A DNA stretch of 64,000 nt from contig JACPUC010000009.1 in assembly GCA_016192455.1 (NCBI GenBank), positions 62,001 through 126,000 of the forward strand, in the 5' to 3' direction. The notes beneath the pieces were generated by a model. It was not told the origin of the DNA. It was given only the letters and a program-made list of their open reading frames with translations, and ran no database searches. Source of the DNA: Candidatus Tectimicrobiota bacterium. GTDB taxonomy: Bacteria; JACPUC01. Shown here in pieces: positions 1 to 13,447 of the stretch (its first letter is position 1; each line of letters starts with the position of its first letter). The position numbers and the translations under genes are program-made.

Positions 1-2075
1 TGCGGGAAGCGAATGAACAGTTCCGGCACGAGGTCGTCGAACGGCAGAAGATCGAGGAAACCTGGCGTGAAACGGAGGCCCGCTACCGCGATCTTTACGA
101 TAACGCGCCAGACATGTACACCTCGGTAGACAGCTCCCTCACCCTGTTGATGTGCAACCTGACCTTCGCTCGCGCCCTGGGGTACAGCAGAGACGAACTT
201 CTTGGCACGAGCTACTTCAGCTTGCTCGTGCCGGAAGAACGCGAGGCAGTATGGGCGAACTTGCAGCAGTTTCGAGCTGGGGGCGGAGAGCTGATCGTTG
301 CCCGCACCCTGGTGTGTCGCGATGGCTCCACGCTGCCGGTGGAAGTGAACCTTCGCCCTCTCTACGACGCCACGGGCGAATTTGTCCGTCTGGATAGCTT
401 CATTCGCGACATCCGCGATCGCAAGAAATGGGAGCGCGCCCTGCTGGAGAGCGAGCGCCGCTTCCGGACGCTCATCGAGAATGCCGCCGACGCGTTCTTT
501 CTGCGAGATTTGCAGGGCAGGTTCGTCGATGTGAACCAGCAGGCCTGCAGCAGTTTGGGCTACACACGAGAGGAGCTGCTGCGGCTCTCGGTCACCGATC
601 TTGACCCCGCGGTTACGCCAGAAAGGCTTGACGAGATTACCCGCCTGAGTGACTCTGGCAACCCACTTACCCTCCCCGGCCGCATCCGCCGCAAGGATGG
701 CTCGACGTTTCCCGCCGAGGTGCGCCTGAACAAGATTTGCATCGATGACAAGCCCTTCATCCTGTCGCTTGTCCGAGACGTATCGAAGCAGAAAGAAGCC
801 GAAGAGGCATTGCGGAGAAAGACTGAGCAGTTGAGCGTGATCACCGAGGCGATGAGTGTTGTCCTCGAGCGGCGAGACTGGCGGAAGGCGCTGCGCTTGG
901 TCCTGCAAGCGCTCCTGCGTGAGACGTCCAGCAGCTACGGATTCGTTGGCGTGCGCATGGGCGGCTCGAATCTTCGCCTCCTCTGCTTTGAAGGGTTCGC
1001 CTGGGAGGCGGCGCGCCGCCCTGAGATCTACGAACAGATGATGAAGACCTATCAGGAGCAGGGCTACGTCGAGTTGAGCAACCCGCAGACCCTCTTCGGC
1101 GCGGTGATCGCCAGCGGCATGCCGGTGATCTCGAACGATCCACAATCAGACCCGCGCGCCGCGGACCTTCCAGCGGGCCATCCTCCTCTCGAGAACTTCC
1201 TCGGCGTGCCGATTTACATGGGCGAGCGCCTGGTTGGCATGATCGGCATTGCCAACCGCCCAGGGGGGTACGGCGCCGCGGAGCAGTCGATCGTGGAGGT
1301 CATGGCCCAGGCCGCCGCGGTGCTCTATGACTCCTACTTGCAGGAGCAGCACCAAGAAGAGATCGAACGGCATCTGCGCAGAAGCGAGAAACTTGCCAGT
1401 CTCGGAACCCTCGCCGCCGGCGCGGCGCATGAGATTCTGAACCCCGCCAACATCATCGGGCTGTACGCGCAGGGGCTTCTCGGGGGTGAAATCTCCGAGC
1501 GGACACGCCGCGCCTGCGGCATCTTTGTTCAGCAAGTGGAGCGCATCAGCACGATTTGCGGAGCGCTGCGCCGCATCTCTCGGGTAGATTCAGGGGATCG
1601 TTCGACGTTCCATCTGACGGCGCTCATCGAGGAGACGCTGCAGCTCCTCGAACCCGACCTGCGCTTCCACAACATCACGGTGGCGCTGCGGCTTGATGCG
1701 GAATCTGATGTCGTCGAGGCGAACCACGACGAGCTTACTCAGGTTCTCCTCAATCTCTGCAGTAATGCGAAGGATGCCATGCCGCAAGGCGGGCTCTTGA
1801 CGATCACCACGGAGACCATCCTCCGTGATGGGGAGACGTGCCTCCGGATTACTGTTGAAGACACCGGAGAGGGCATCCCGGAGGAATATATCGACCGCAT
1901 CTTTGATCCCTTCTTCACGACGAAGCCGCAGGATAAGGGTACCGGCCTTGGGTTATCGATCGCTCATGGCATCATCGAGAGCCACGGCGGCGCCATCCAG
2001 GTGAGCAGCGCGGTTGGGAAAGGGGCGTCGTTCGTGCTCGACCTGCCGCTTTCGGTAGGCAAGAGTCCGCGCTGA
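1..2075 (+). CDS. Multi-PAS/GAF sensor histidine kinase (5'-truncated by window edge)
   Basis: Frame is open from position 3. Two PAS/PAC domains, a GAF domain, H-box (LAAGAAHEILNP), N-box (NLCSNAKDAM), DTGEGI, FDPFFTTK and GTGLGL. Confidence 0.95.
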   Translation, partial: REANEQFRHEVVERQKIEETWRETEARYRDLYDNAPDMYTSVDSSLTLLMCNLTFARALGYSRDELLGTSYFSLLVPEEREAVWANLQQFRAGGGELIVARTLVCRDGSTLPVEVNLRPLYDATGEFVRLDSFIRDIRDRKKWERALLESERRFRTLIENAADAFFLRDLQGRFVDVNQQACSSLGYTREELLRLSVTDLDPAVTPERLDEITRLSDSGNPLTLPGRIRRKDGSTFPAEVRLNKICIDDKPFILSLVRDVSKQKEAEEALRRKTEQLSVITEAMSVVLERRDWRKALRLVLQALLRETSSSYGFVGVRMGGSNLRLLCFEGFAWEAARRPEIYEQMMKTYQEQGYVELSNPQTLFGAVIASGMPVISNDPQSDPRAADLPAGHPPLENFLGVPIYMGERLVGMIGIANRPGGYGAAEQSIVEVMAQAAAVLYDSYLQEQHQEEIERHLRRSEKLASLGTLAAGAAHEILNPANIIGLYAQGLLGGEISERTRRACGIFVQQVERISTICGALRRISRVDSGDRSTFHLTALIEETLQLLEPDLRFHNITVALRLDAESDVVEANHDELTQVLLNLCSNAKDAMPQGGLLTITTETILRDGETCLRITVEDTGEGIPEEYIDRIFDPFFTTKPQDKGTGLGLSIAHGIIESHGGAIQVSSAVGKGASFVLDLPLSVGKSPR

Positions 2076-2138
2076 CCTCGGTTCGGGCCGGCCTGCGCAC
2101 CCCCGCGACCTCCGGCCTTGTCCAGGGAGCCTGACATC

Positions 2139-2528
2139 ATGTATCGAGTTCTGGTCGTCGATGATGAGATCGCCGTGGGCCTCTTCCTGCAAGAGGATCT
2201 CTACTCCTCCGGCTATGATGTAGAGATCGCCGTAAGTGCTGGCGAGGCGCTGGCAAAGATCGAGTCGAATCCGCCGGACTTGGTCCTCCTCGATATTCGC
2301 ATGCCGGGTACCAGCGGCGTGGAGCTGCTGGCCACCCTACAGCTCCGAGAAATCAACGTTCCCGTCATCATGCTTACCGCCGTCCATGAAGAGGAGCTGG
2401 CGCGGCAATGCCTGAAAATGGGAGCCAGGGATTACATCACGAAACCCATCAACCTCCACTACCTGAAGGACAGTATCCTGGCGAGCATCTTCACGGGTGG
2501 CGGTCTGGACGAGGAGCCGCCGGCATAG
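2139..2528 (+). CDS. Single-domain response regulator (receiver)
   Basis: VLVVDDE, LLDIRMP, MLTA, YITKP; AGGGAG precedes ATG 2139. Confidence 0.93.
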   Translation: MYRVLVVDDEIAVGLFLQEDLYSSGYDVEIAVSAGEALAKIESNPPDLVLLDIRMPGTSGVELLATLQLREINVPVIMLTAVHEEELARQCLKMGARDYITKPINLHYLKDSILASIFTGGGLDEEPPA

Positions 2529-3057
2529 CGCCACGCCCTGCTGGTCATCGCCGCCGGCTGGGGGCGCGTCGCAACACGGCAGGAAAGAATTTTTGAGCCA
2601 CCAGAAAGACTTGGCGAGGGGTTCTCCTGTCAGGGCAGGACTGCGGCGCACCAACCCCGCCCGTGGCTGGGAGTGAACGTCCAGATCGTTGGTCGATCAT
2701 CGTTCGTGTCGTGGCGAGCTATCGCAGGAGTCTTCGTCTCATCCCAAAAGGCGGAAGCGAGGCGCGCCTGCCCGCGGGCCGAGCCGGGGTGAGGCTGGAG
2801 GGGAGGACTCTGGTCGGCGCGTCCTGCCGAGGGTGCGGGGCGGACCACCCCTTGCGGACTTGACACCCTGACCCGGCTTCGATGCCGGCGGGAGGCGTGA
2901 CGAGGGGAGGACATGAAGCGAATCTAGGGGCAAAACTTCTCCGCTCCCCATTGCGCCAACGAGCCGCGGAGAGAACCTTAGAGGCAACGATTCGCCGCGA
3001 TGTTGGGAAAGGCCATAGAGGCATAGAGGAATGCGCCGCCAGAGGAGGAGGTTCACG

Positions 3058-3474
3058 ATGGGTGAGGCGGTCTCTCGTTGGGCCCTTCTTTTCCTCGTCG
3101 TTGCCGGCATGCTGGTGGTCGGCGCTCAACGCACCGGCTACGCTGCCGAGCAGACCGTGGTCGTCGGCATCAAGGACTCCCTCATCACACCCCCCAACGT
3201 GACGATCGAGCCGGGCACGAGGGTCATGTGGGCGGGTGAACGCCATGTCGAGCGCGAGGTCTACACGATCACCTTCCCGGATGGCCAGCGTGTGCTGGAC
3301 GCGGTAAGCTACGCCTCCCTCTTCAACCTCGACCGCGGCAAGCTGGTGGCGCGGATCGAGGCCGCCGGCGGCAGAGCGGCCCTCTCGTTCACCAAGCCAG
3401 GTACGTACACGTATACCGTGGAGCCATCGTCACCCACGGCCACCGGCGTCATCGTGGTGCAAACGAGAAAGTGA
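3058..3474 (+). CDS. Secreted cupredoxin-fold-like protein lacking obvious type-1 Cu ligands
   Basis: Strong RBS GGAGGAGG, signal peptide, PPNVTIEPGTRVMW and FTKPGTYTY cupredoxin-like motifs. Confidence 0.7.
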   Translation: MGEAVSRWALLFLVVAGMLVVGAQRTGYAAEQTVVVGIKDSLITPPNVTIEPGTRVMWAGERHVEREVYTITFPDGQRVLDAVSYASLFNLDRGKLVARIEAAGGRAALSFTKPGTYTYTVEPSSPTATGVIVVQTRK

Positions 3475-3577
3475 TGCCGCCGACCTCATGCCGCCTCTCC
3501 TCTCTGCCCGCCATCCTCCAGGCGCCCATCCAGGCGCGCGGCTATGGCGCCCAGACTGCGCCAGTAGCCGTTGATGT

Positions 3578-3600
3578 GTAGGGGCGAGGCTCGCCCGCCC
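3578..3600 (+). repeat. GTAG-type REP palindrome
   Basis: GTAGGGGCGAGGCTCGCCCGCCC. Confidence 0.7.
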
Positions 3601-3611
3601 GAGAGGAGATT

Positions 3612-3743
3612 ATGATGCCCACCCTCCGCGATCTCCGCCGCGCCCGCGGCCTCGCGCAAGCGCGGATCAGTGAGTGGGAGCGCGGCCGGATAAGTTCGTC
3701 GCCCACGAGGGCGACATCGAATGGATCAAGAAGCCGGATACCA
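3612..3743 (+). pseudogene. XRE/HTH_3 regulator remnant
   Basis: RBS GAGGAG then MMPTLRDLRRARGLAQARISEWERG, an XRE pattern apparently missing helix 2. Confidence 0.45.
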
Positions 3744-3768
3744 AGGGCGGGGCCAGCCCTGCCCCTAC
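3744..3768 (-). repeat. GTAG-type REP palindrome, inverted relative to the 3578 copy
   Basis: Reverse complement is GTAGGGGCAGGGCTGGCCCCGCCCT. Confidence 0.7.
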
Positions 3769-4181
3769 CCCCCCCTCCGCGCCCTCCGCGCCTCCGCGGT
3801 GAATTCCCCTTCTTCCCGGAACCCGTGGAACAAGGGCAGTCCCGCAGGCGCGGAGATCGCCCTGCCGCTGCTCCCAGGCGGGGAATCCCTCTTCCCTTCA
3901 TTCTCGCGCGCCGTCCATGGGCGGGGCGGGAATCCTGCATGGCAGGAGCAGCTCGCCGCGAGGCCCTGGGGCGGCGTTGCCAACCTCCAGGCCAGCCGAA
4001 CAATTCCGTAAGACCTTGCTCGACATCTCACAAGATTGTAAGATAGTTTTGATGATCACCCCCCGCCGCAGGGCCGCCAATCAGCCGCCGGGGGGTGGCT
4101 CCCCGCCGAGCCTTCCCTGCGGCATCCGTTCTTGCGCCGCTTCCGCCCACGCGCACCCAGAGTGACCGTTCGGGAGATTCC

Positions 4182-5732
<1,551 letters not shown>

Positions 5733-5941
5733 CGCTGCCGGCGACGAGGCGGCGCGGACCTCGCCGCGGAGCCGGTGCCGGGCTGTCGGGGATGCCGGTC
5801 TCGGCGCCCGCCGATACCATCACCACTCAGCACGGGAGAGACGTTGTCCCTGCTTGTGGGCATGAGCAGGGGAGAGGGGTTCTGTGCGCTGCGGCCGCGG
5901 ACCACCGCCCAGGTTGGCGGTTCCCAGGTTCTTGGGTCACC

Positions 5942-6140
5942 CAGGTGCTGTTTCACAAATTCTATCGCAAGAATTTGCGAGGGAGCCTCGCCCCCTCGCG
6001 CACCCCGACTACGCGAGCTGCTGCGCAGCTCGCGGGGATTCGGGGGGTGGGGAAGCAAAGGTCTTGCGCAAAAACTCCCCGACCACATGGCCCGAAGAAG
6101 GCGTCCGATTAAGGATGGAATTTGTGTGACGTAACACTAG
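5942..6140. mobile_element. MITE-like three-hairpin element, copy A
   Basis: Core TGCGAGGGAGCC..CCCCCTCGCGCACCCC..CGCGAGCTGCTGCGCAGCTCGCG is shared with four other sites. Ends carry the inverted pair CACAAATTC / GAATTTGTG..CACTAG. Confidence 0.65.
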
Positions 6141-6158
6141 TCAGGAGCGAGGTGCGGC

Positions 6159-7634
6159 ATGGCATTTCAGGATGGCTTGCGAGGCTGGATGAAGGCGCTC
6201 GAAAGCGAGGGGGAGCTGAAGGAGATCACCGCCGAGGTGGACTGGAACCTCGAGATGTCCGGCATCATGTGGCGCGCCTGCGAGGAGCACGGGCCGGCGC
6301 TCCTCTTCACCAACATCAAGGACCACCGCCACACCCTCTGCACGAAGTTCATCTCCGGCGCGCTGCACACCTATCGCCACGTCGCCCTCATGATGGGCCT
6401 GCCCAAGGAGACGCCGCCCAAGGAGCTCATCCTCGAGTACCGTCGGCGCACCGAGAAGCTTCTGCCCCCCGAGATCGTCGAGTACGGGCCGGTGAAAGAG
6501 AACATCATCCGCCGCGAGGCCGTGGACCTCTGGCAATTCCCGGCGCCCTTCTGGCACGCGCTGGACGGCGGACGCTACCTGAACACCTACTGCGGCACCG
6601 TCACCCAGGACCCCGACAACGGCTGGATCAACGTCGGCCTCTACCGCGGCATGGTGCATGACGACGGCAAGAGCATCGGCGTGCTCCTGTCGATGGGCTC
6701 GCACTGGGGACAGATGTGCCAGAAGTACCACGAGCGCGGCCAGGCCATGCCGGTGGCCGTCGTCTACGGCTGGGAGCCGGTGATGCCGCTCGTCGCCGCC
6801 GCTCTCTTCCCGCGCAACGTCGGCGAGTACGACGTCATGGGGGCGGTGCGCCAGAAGCCGGTGGAGCTGGTGAAGTGCGAGACGAACGACCTCCTCGTGC
6901 CGGCGACCGCCGAGATCGTCATCGAGGGCACGGTCTCCCTCGATCCCGCCACCTTCCGCATGGAAGGCCCCTTCGGCGAGTACCCCTGCTACTACGGCGG
7001 CACCCCAGCGCCGAAGCCGGTGCTGCAGGTCGACTGTATCACCCACCGCACCGATCCCATCCTGCAGGGCTCGCTGGAAGGCGCGCCCTACGACGACGGC
7101 GCCGTGGCGCAGTCGATCACCAAGTCGGCCTACATGTGGAACAACCTCGACCGCAATATCCCCGGCGTCGTCGATGTCTGGTGCCCCGCCATTACCCACG
7201 GCACCGACTGCTACGTCGCCATCAAGAAGACCTACCAGGGCCAGGCCAAGCAGGTGGCCGCCTGCATCTGGGGCAGCACCGGCGCCATCTACTCGGCGAA
7301 GATCGTCATGGTCGTCGATGACGATATCGACATCCGCAACCTCGAGGACATCCAGTGGGCCCTCAACTACCGCGTCTGGGACCCCGACGAAGACTTCTCT
7401 TTCTTCCGCGGCTGTCCCGGCTCCATGCTCGACCCCAGCGTGCCCCCGGAGCTGAAAGATGCGACCAAATTCGGCGCCGTGGGCCGCTGGCACCGCCTCT
7501 GCATCGACGCCACGAAGGACTGGCGCCTCACCCGCATCGAGCACTGGGGCGACCGCTTCCCGCCGCGCACCCTGCCCACGCGGCAGATTACGGAGCTGGT
7601 CAACCGCCGCTGGAAGGAGTATGGGCTGGGGTAG
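6159..7634 (+). CDS. UbiD-family (prFMN-dependent) (de)carboxylase
   Basis: DGGRY, NVGLYR, EIVIEG, EGPFGEY, VVDDDID, LDPS. Confidence 0.93.
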   Translation: MAFQDGLRGWMKALESEGELKEITAEVDWNLEMSGIMWRACEEHGPALLFTNIKDHRHTLCTKFISGALHTYRHVALMMGLPKETPPKELILEYRRRTEKLLPPEIVEYGPVKENIIRREAVDLWQFPAPFWHALDGGRYLNTYCGTVTQDPDNGWINVGLYRGMVHDDGKSIGVLLSMGSHWGQMCQKYHERGQAMPVAVVYGWEPVMPLVAAALFPRNVGEYDVMGAVRQKPVELVKCETNDLLVPATAEIVIEGTVSLDPATFRMEGPFGEYPCYYGGTPAPKPVLQVDCITHRTDPILQGSLEGAPYDDGAVAQSITKSAYMWNNLDRNIPGVVDVWCPAITHGTDCYVAIKKTYQGQAKQVAACIWGSTGAIYSAKIVMVVDDDIDIRNLEDIQWALNYRVWDPDEDFSFFRGCPGSMLDPSVPPELKDATKFGAVGRWHRLCIDATKDWRLTRIEHWGDRFPPRTLPTRQITELVNRRWKEYGLG

Positions 7635-7724
7635 TCCCTATGGTCTCGCGGCGTCGAGGGCGGGCAAGACAGGGAGCCATGATTGCCGCGCGCCGCGGCG
7701 ACCCGCACGCAGGGCAGGAACGGT

Positions 7725-9548
<1,824 letters not shown>

Positions 9549-9699
9549 GAGGAGGGGCTGCTACCGAGTGCTGCGTGTCACCAGATCACTGACAACGTTG
9601 ATGCGCTACAAACAGTATGTTCAATGCCTTGGGGGCTGACCGACGGCCTCTCGGGAACTGTCTGGAACTCTCATGTCACGGAAAGGAGCGGTGAACAAC

Positions 9700-11238
9700 A
9701 TGAAAGACGTGCGTGATTTCATCGACGAAGTAGCGGCACTGAAGCAACTCAAGACCATCGGCGCCGACGTTGATTGGGACGAGGAACTGGGCGCCATTAC
9801 CTACCTGGTGGCGAAACGCAAGCCCAGCCCGTCGCTGCTCTTCGAGCGTATCAAGGATGCGCCGTCCGGCTACCGCGTGCTGACGAACATCATGGGATCG
9901 AGCCACGATCGCATCGCCCTGGCGCTGCGCCTGAAGTTGGGCCTGCCATTGATGCAGATGGTCGAACAGGTCAAGGACGCCTTCCACCGGCGCATTCCGC
10001 CGGTCGAGGTGCCTGCCGCCACCGCGCCGGTCAATGAAAACGTGTTCACCGGTGATGCCGTCGACGTGACCAAGTTCCCGGCGTGGAAAGCCTGGCCGCT
10101 GGACGGCGGGCGCTACATCGGCACCGCCTGCGTCACGGTCACGCGCGATCCGGACACGGGGCGCGTCAACCTCGGGACCTACCGGCAGATGGTGCAGGGA
10201 AAGCGGGAAATCAACGTCTACATGTCACCGGGCAAAGATGCCCTTCAGTTCATGGACCGTTACTGGAAACGTGGCGAGCCGATGCCGATTGCCGTGGCCT
10301 ATGGCATTGATCCGGCCCTGCTGATCGGCGGCGCGATCACGTTTCCCAACAACGCACCGGAATACGAGTGCACTGGCGGGATGATCGGCGCCCCCATCGA
10401 GGTGTTCACCGGCGACGTCACCGGCTTGCCAATACCGGCACGCGCCGAAATCGTCGTCGAGGGGTTCTTCCAGCCGAACACCTTTCGTCGCGAAGGCCCG
10501 ATGGGGGAGTTTCAAGCCTACTACGGGCGCCCCGGTGGCGCCACGCCCTTCATCGACGTGAAATGCCTGCGCCACCGCAACAATCCCATTCTGACCTGCG
10601 CGCTGATGGCCGATTACCCGGCATGCGAATCACACGATTTTCTGGCGATCGTGCGCTCGGCGAAGATTTGGAATGATCTCGACACGCTTGGGATTCCAGG
10701 CATCAAAGGAGTCTACTCGGTGCCGGCGGCGGGTGCCGGTATGGGCATGGTGATCGTGTCGCTGGAACAGCGGTATGCGGGGCACGTGGCGCAAACGCTG
10801 GCCCTGGCGGCGCAGTGCCCTGCCGCCGCCTACTTCACCAAATGGTTCATCGCCGTCGATGAAGACGTCGATCCCACCAATTTGGATGAGGTGACCTGGG
10901 CCATGGTGACGCGCTGCATCCCCACCGACGGGATCGACATCTTGCGGCAGACGTGGTCCACCTACCTCGATCCGTCGCGCAATCCGCCGGCCCTGCGCCC
11001 TTACGGTTCAAAGGTGTTGGTGAACGCCTGCAAGGAGCACCGCTTCCTGAAGACGTACTCGAAGCGCTTACTGCTGCGCGAGGAAACCTACGAGCAGGTG
11101 AGTGAACGATGGAGCGCTCTGGGTCTCGAGGGGAAGCCGCCGGTGATCAATCACTTCGAAACATTCGAGGGTGGGGAACCGGGACCTGATGGGGCGCGAC
11201 GCGATGACATGCCGGACCCCTCCTCGTTTCAAATGTGA
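9700..11238 (+). CDS. UbiD-family (de)carboxylase, second paralog
   Basis: DGGRYIGT, NLGTYR, EIVVEG, EGPMGEF, VDEDVDP, LDPS. Confidence 0.93.
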   Translation: MKDVRDFIDEVAALKQLKTIGADVDWDEELGAITYLVAKRKPSPSLLFERIKDAPSGYRVLTNIMGSSHDRIALALRLKLGLPLMQMVEQVKDAFHRRIPPVEVPAATAPVNENVFTGDAVDVTKFPAWKAWPLDGGRYIGTACVTVTRDPDTGRVNLGTYRQMVQGKREINVYMSPGKDALQFMDRYWKRGEPMPIAVAYGIDPALLIGGAITFPNNAPEYECTGGMIGAPIEVFTGDVTGLPIPARAEIVVEGFFQPNTFRREGPMGEFQAYYGRPGGATPFIDVKCLRHRNNPILTCALMADYPACESHDFLAIVRSAKIWNDLDTLGIPGIKGVYSVPAAGAGMGMVIVSLEQRYAGHVAQTLALAAQCPAAAYFTKWFIAVDEDVDPTNLDEVTWAMVTRCIPTDGIDILRQTWSTYLDPSRNPPALRPYGSKVLVNACKEHRFLKTYSKRLLLREETYEQVSERWSALGLEGKPPVINHFETFEGGEPGPDGARRDDMPDPSSFQM

Positions 11239-11327
11239 GCGCGACCGGAAGCGCAAAAGAAGCGCGCCCCGGGGATGGCCGATTGGGCTGCTCCCGGGGC
11301 GCGCGTCTGGCTGCGTCGCAGCAAGGG

Positions 11328-12350
11328 TTACATCCCCGCCGCCTTCTTGACGAAACTCACATCCGCAAATTTCTCGATTGGCGTTTTCTTCTTCACCGCA
11401 CCCACTTCGAAGAAGTAGTCCTGCATGGCACTGATGCTCTGCAGATTGGGCATGCCGTATGGGTGCAGATAAAAGGGTACGGCGGACTGGATGATGTCCT
11501 TGGGAACCTTCGTCCACTTATGGAGAATGTCGACCACCTCCGCATCCTTCATCCCACGCTCGTTATAGTAGCGCACCGCCTTGACGTAGGCGTTCATGTA
11601 TTTCTGGGCAGCGGAGCGGCGCTCGCGCGCGAAGGCGCCGTTGTACATGATCGTGGCAACCTGAAGGTCTTTCGAGGTGTCGAAATCAGCAGGGGAAAGG
11701 AAGCGTACCCCCACTCCCGTCTTCTCTATTTGGGCACCCCATGGCTCAGCATTTCCCACAGCGTCAACGGCCTTGTTCTTCAAGGCCGTCAGTTGGTTCG
11801 GAAAGCTGATGAATTTCCAATTCACATCTTCCAGAGAGAGTCCTGCCGACTGCAGAGCACGCCCCACCCAGAATATCGTAACGTTCATCGGTGCATTGGT
11901 GGCGAGGGTCAATCCCTTGAAATCCTTGATTGATTTAACCCGCCCACTGTCGATGAGATCCTTTCTGACGACAAGCTGCGTAAAGCCGTAGCCTTTCCGC
12001 GTTTGCCCCTTATCGGCGACCACGAGGACGTCACTCCCCTGCGCCAGGGCGTTAAAGAATCCCGCGCCCATGCTGCCGGTGGCAACCTCGATCTGTCCCG
12101 TAGCCAGCGGCGCCGCCATCTTTGCTCCGGATACAAATCGAACGTATTCAACTTTCATCCCTTGTTCAGCAAAGAACCCTTTCTCTTCGGCCAGGTAAAT
12201 CGGAGCGAAGGAGATGACGGCCAGGTCGCCCTGCTTGATGGATTCTTGAGCCACGGCGCGCGCAGCGCTGAGGCTTACCTGGCCAAGCGCGGCAACTGCG
12301 GAGAATGTTGCGAGCAAACCGAGCGCGTGGAATACGCGTCTCACCTTCAT
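11328..12350 (-). CDS. ABC transporter substrate-binding protein, SsuA/THI5/NMT1 family
   Basis: Signal peptide, FAPIYLAEEKGFFAEQG, IKDFKG, VDAV..EPW. Confidence 0.88.
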   Translation of the reverse strand: MKVRRVFHALGLLATFSAVAALGQVSLSAARAVAQESIKQGDLAVISFAPIYLAEEKGFFAEQGMKVEYVRFVSGAKMAAPLATGQIEVATGSMGAGFFNALAQGSDVLVVADKGQTRKGYGFTQLVVRKDLIDSGRVKSIKDFKGLTLATNAPMNVTIFWVGRALQSAGLSLEDVNWKFISFPNQLTALKNKAVDAVGNAEPWGAQIEKTGVGVRFLSPADFDTSKDLQVATIMYNGAFARERRSAAQKYMNAYVKAVRYYNERGMKDAEVVDILHKWTKVPKDIIQSAVPFYLHPYGMPNLQSISAMQDYFFEVGAVKKKTPIEKFADVSFVKKAAGM

Positions 12351-12918
12351 CGCCTGCCCCCCCTGAGTTAAGGCGAACGTTGGATACCACCCGTGCAGTC
12401 CGCGATCATGCCGCGCCACGTGGAGCGTCACAAGCGGGCGTCGCAAAAGATGATCTTTTCGGAACTCACACGGCTGGCCTGCAAGGCGAACGTGCTGCCG
12501 GGGTCACCCATGCAATGGTGAAGTTCCAGTACCCCTCGCGCGGTCTGGACGCCTGCCCATTGTCCTCGAAGTCCTGCCCATATCTGAATATACTAACCTC
12601 CTCTGCACCCCAAACTCAACCGCAAATTACGCGATTCTCCGCTGAGACCTGGCAAGGAGAGGTGGCGAGGTCCCCACGTCCGGTCAAGGTGGCCCTGGTG
12701 ATCTGCACCTCGTCGATATGCGGCGATTCAGCCTTGTTGCGGGAGGTGATCCGTGCCATGCTCAAGCTCCACCCTTGGCTTCTGCGTGGCCGGCCCCGCG
12801 CGATGTTGTAACTTCTGCAATTGCAACGTCTTCTCCCAAAGGGTGGTTCTTTTTCAAGGCGGAATCGCTGAGGGGAGGTCTCGGATTGGCAACGACGGCG
12901 CCAAGGTAGGTAACGAAC

Positions 12919-13107
12919 CCAGTATCGTATCCCGTAAGTTCCATCAACCAATTCTAAGAGGGAACCTTCTCCCCTGGCGCACCCCGTTTACGCGAGCTGC
13001 TGCGCAGCCTGCGGGGAGGAGGGGTGTGGGGGAGCATGGGCCCTCACAGGCCCCTTGCCAAAGCAGCGAGCAACCCCGCACATATGTGAGCGAATTTGTG
13101 AGCACTA
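12919..13107. mobile_element. MITE-like element, copy B
   Basis: GCGCACCCCGTTTACGCGAGCTGCTGCGCAGC core; right end GAATTTGTGAGCACTA. Confidence 0.55.
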
Positions 13108-13293
13108 CGTCGCCGACCAGGAGCATGGCCGCCAGGCGTTGGATCTCCTCGACGGTTCACCCCCAATGAAGCGGAGATTGAGGAGGCGCTCATCCAGGCC
13201 GCCATCGTCTGCGGGTTGCGCCGGCGTCACGCTGCCGACGCCTGCCGCCATGCCGTGCTCGGTGAGGAGTTAGCCCTACCGTCACCTTCATAA
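13100..13293 (+). pseudogene. C-terminal fragment of a PqqC/TenA/CADD-like (heme-oxygenase-fold) protein, frameshifted
   Basis: EHYVADQEHGRQALDLL (HxxxDxxH pattern), continuing in another frame as EAEIEEALIQAAIVCG. Confidence 0.4.
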
Positions 13294-13447
13294 TTGGACA
13301 CCGCGCTGATCTCGTTCGCAATGTAACGGCCGCGGGGCGCGGGTGATGCATCAGATGGGTCGCGAGCTCTGCCGCGACGCGCAGTGTTGCCCGGCGGCCT
13401 GGCGGTCGAGCTAAAGGAAACTCACACGAGAGGGGGGATAGAGGACG

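Noticed and set aside
6124-6137. Palindrome GTGTGACGTAACAC as a transcription-factor site for UbiD
   Set aside because: It falls inside the right terminus of MITE copy A, which explains it better.
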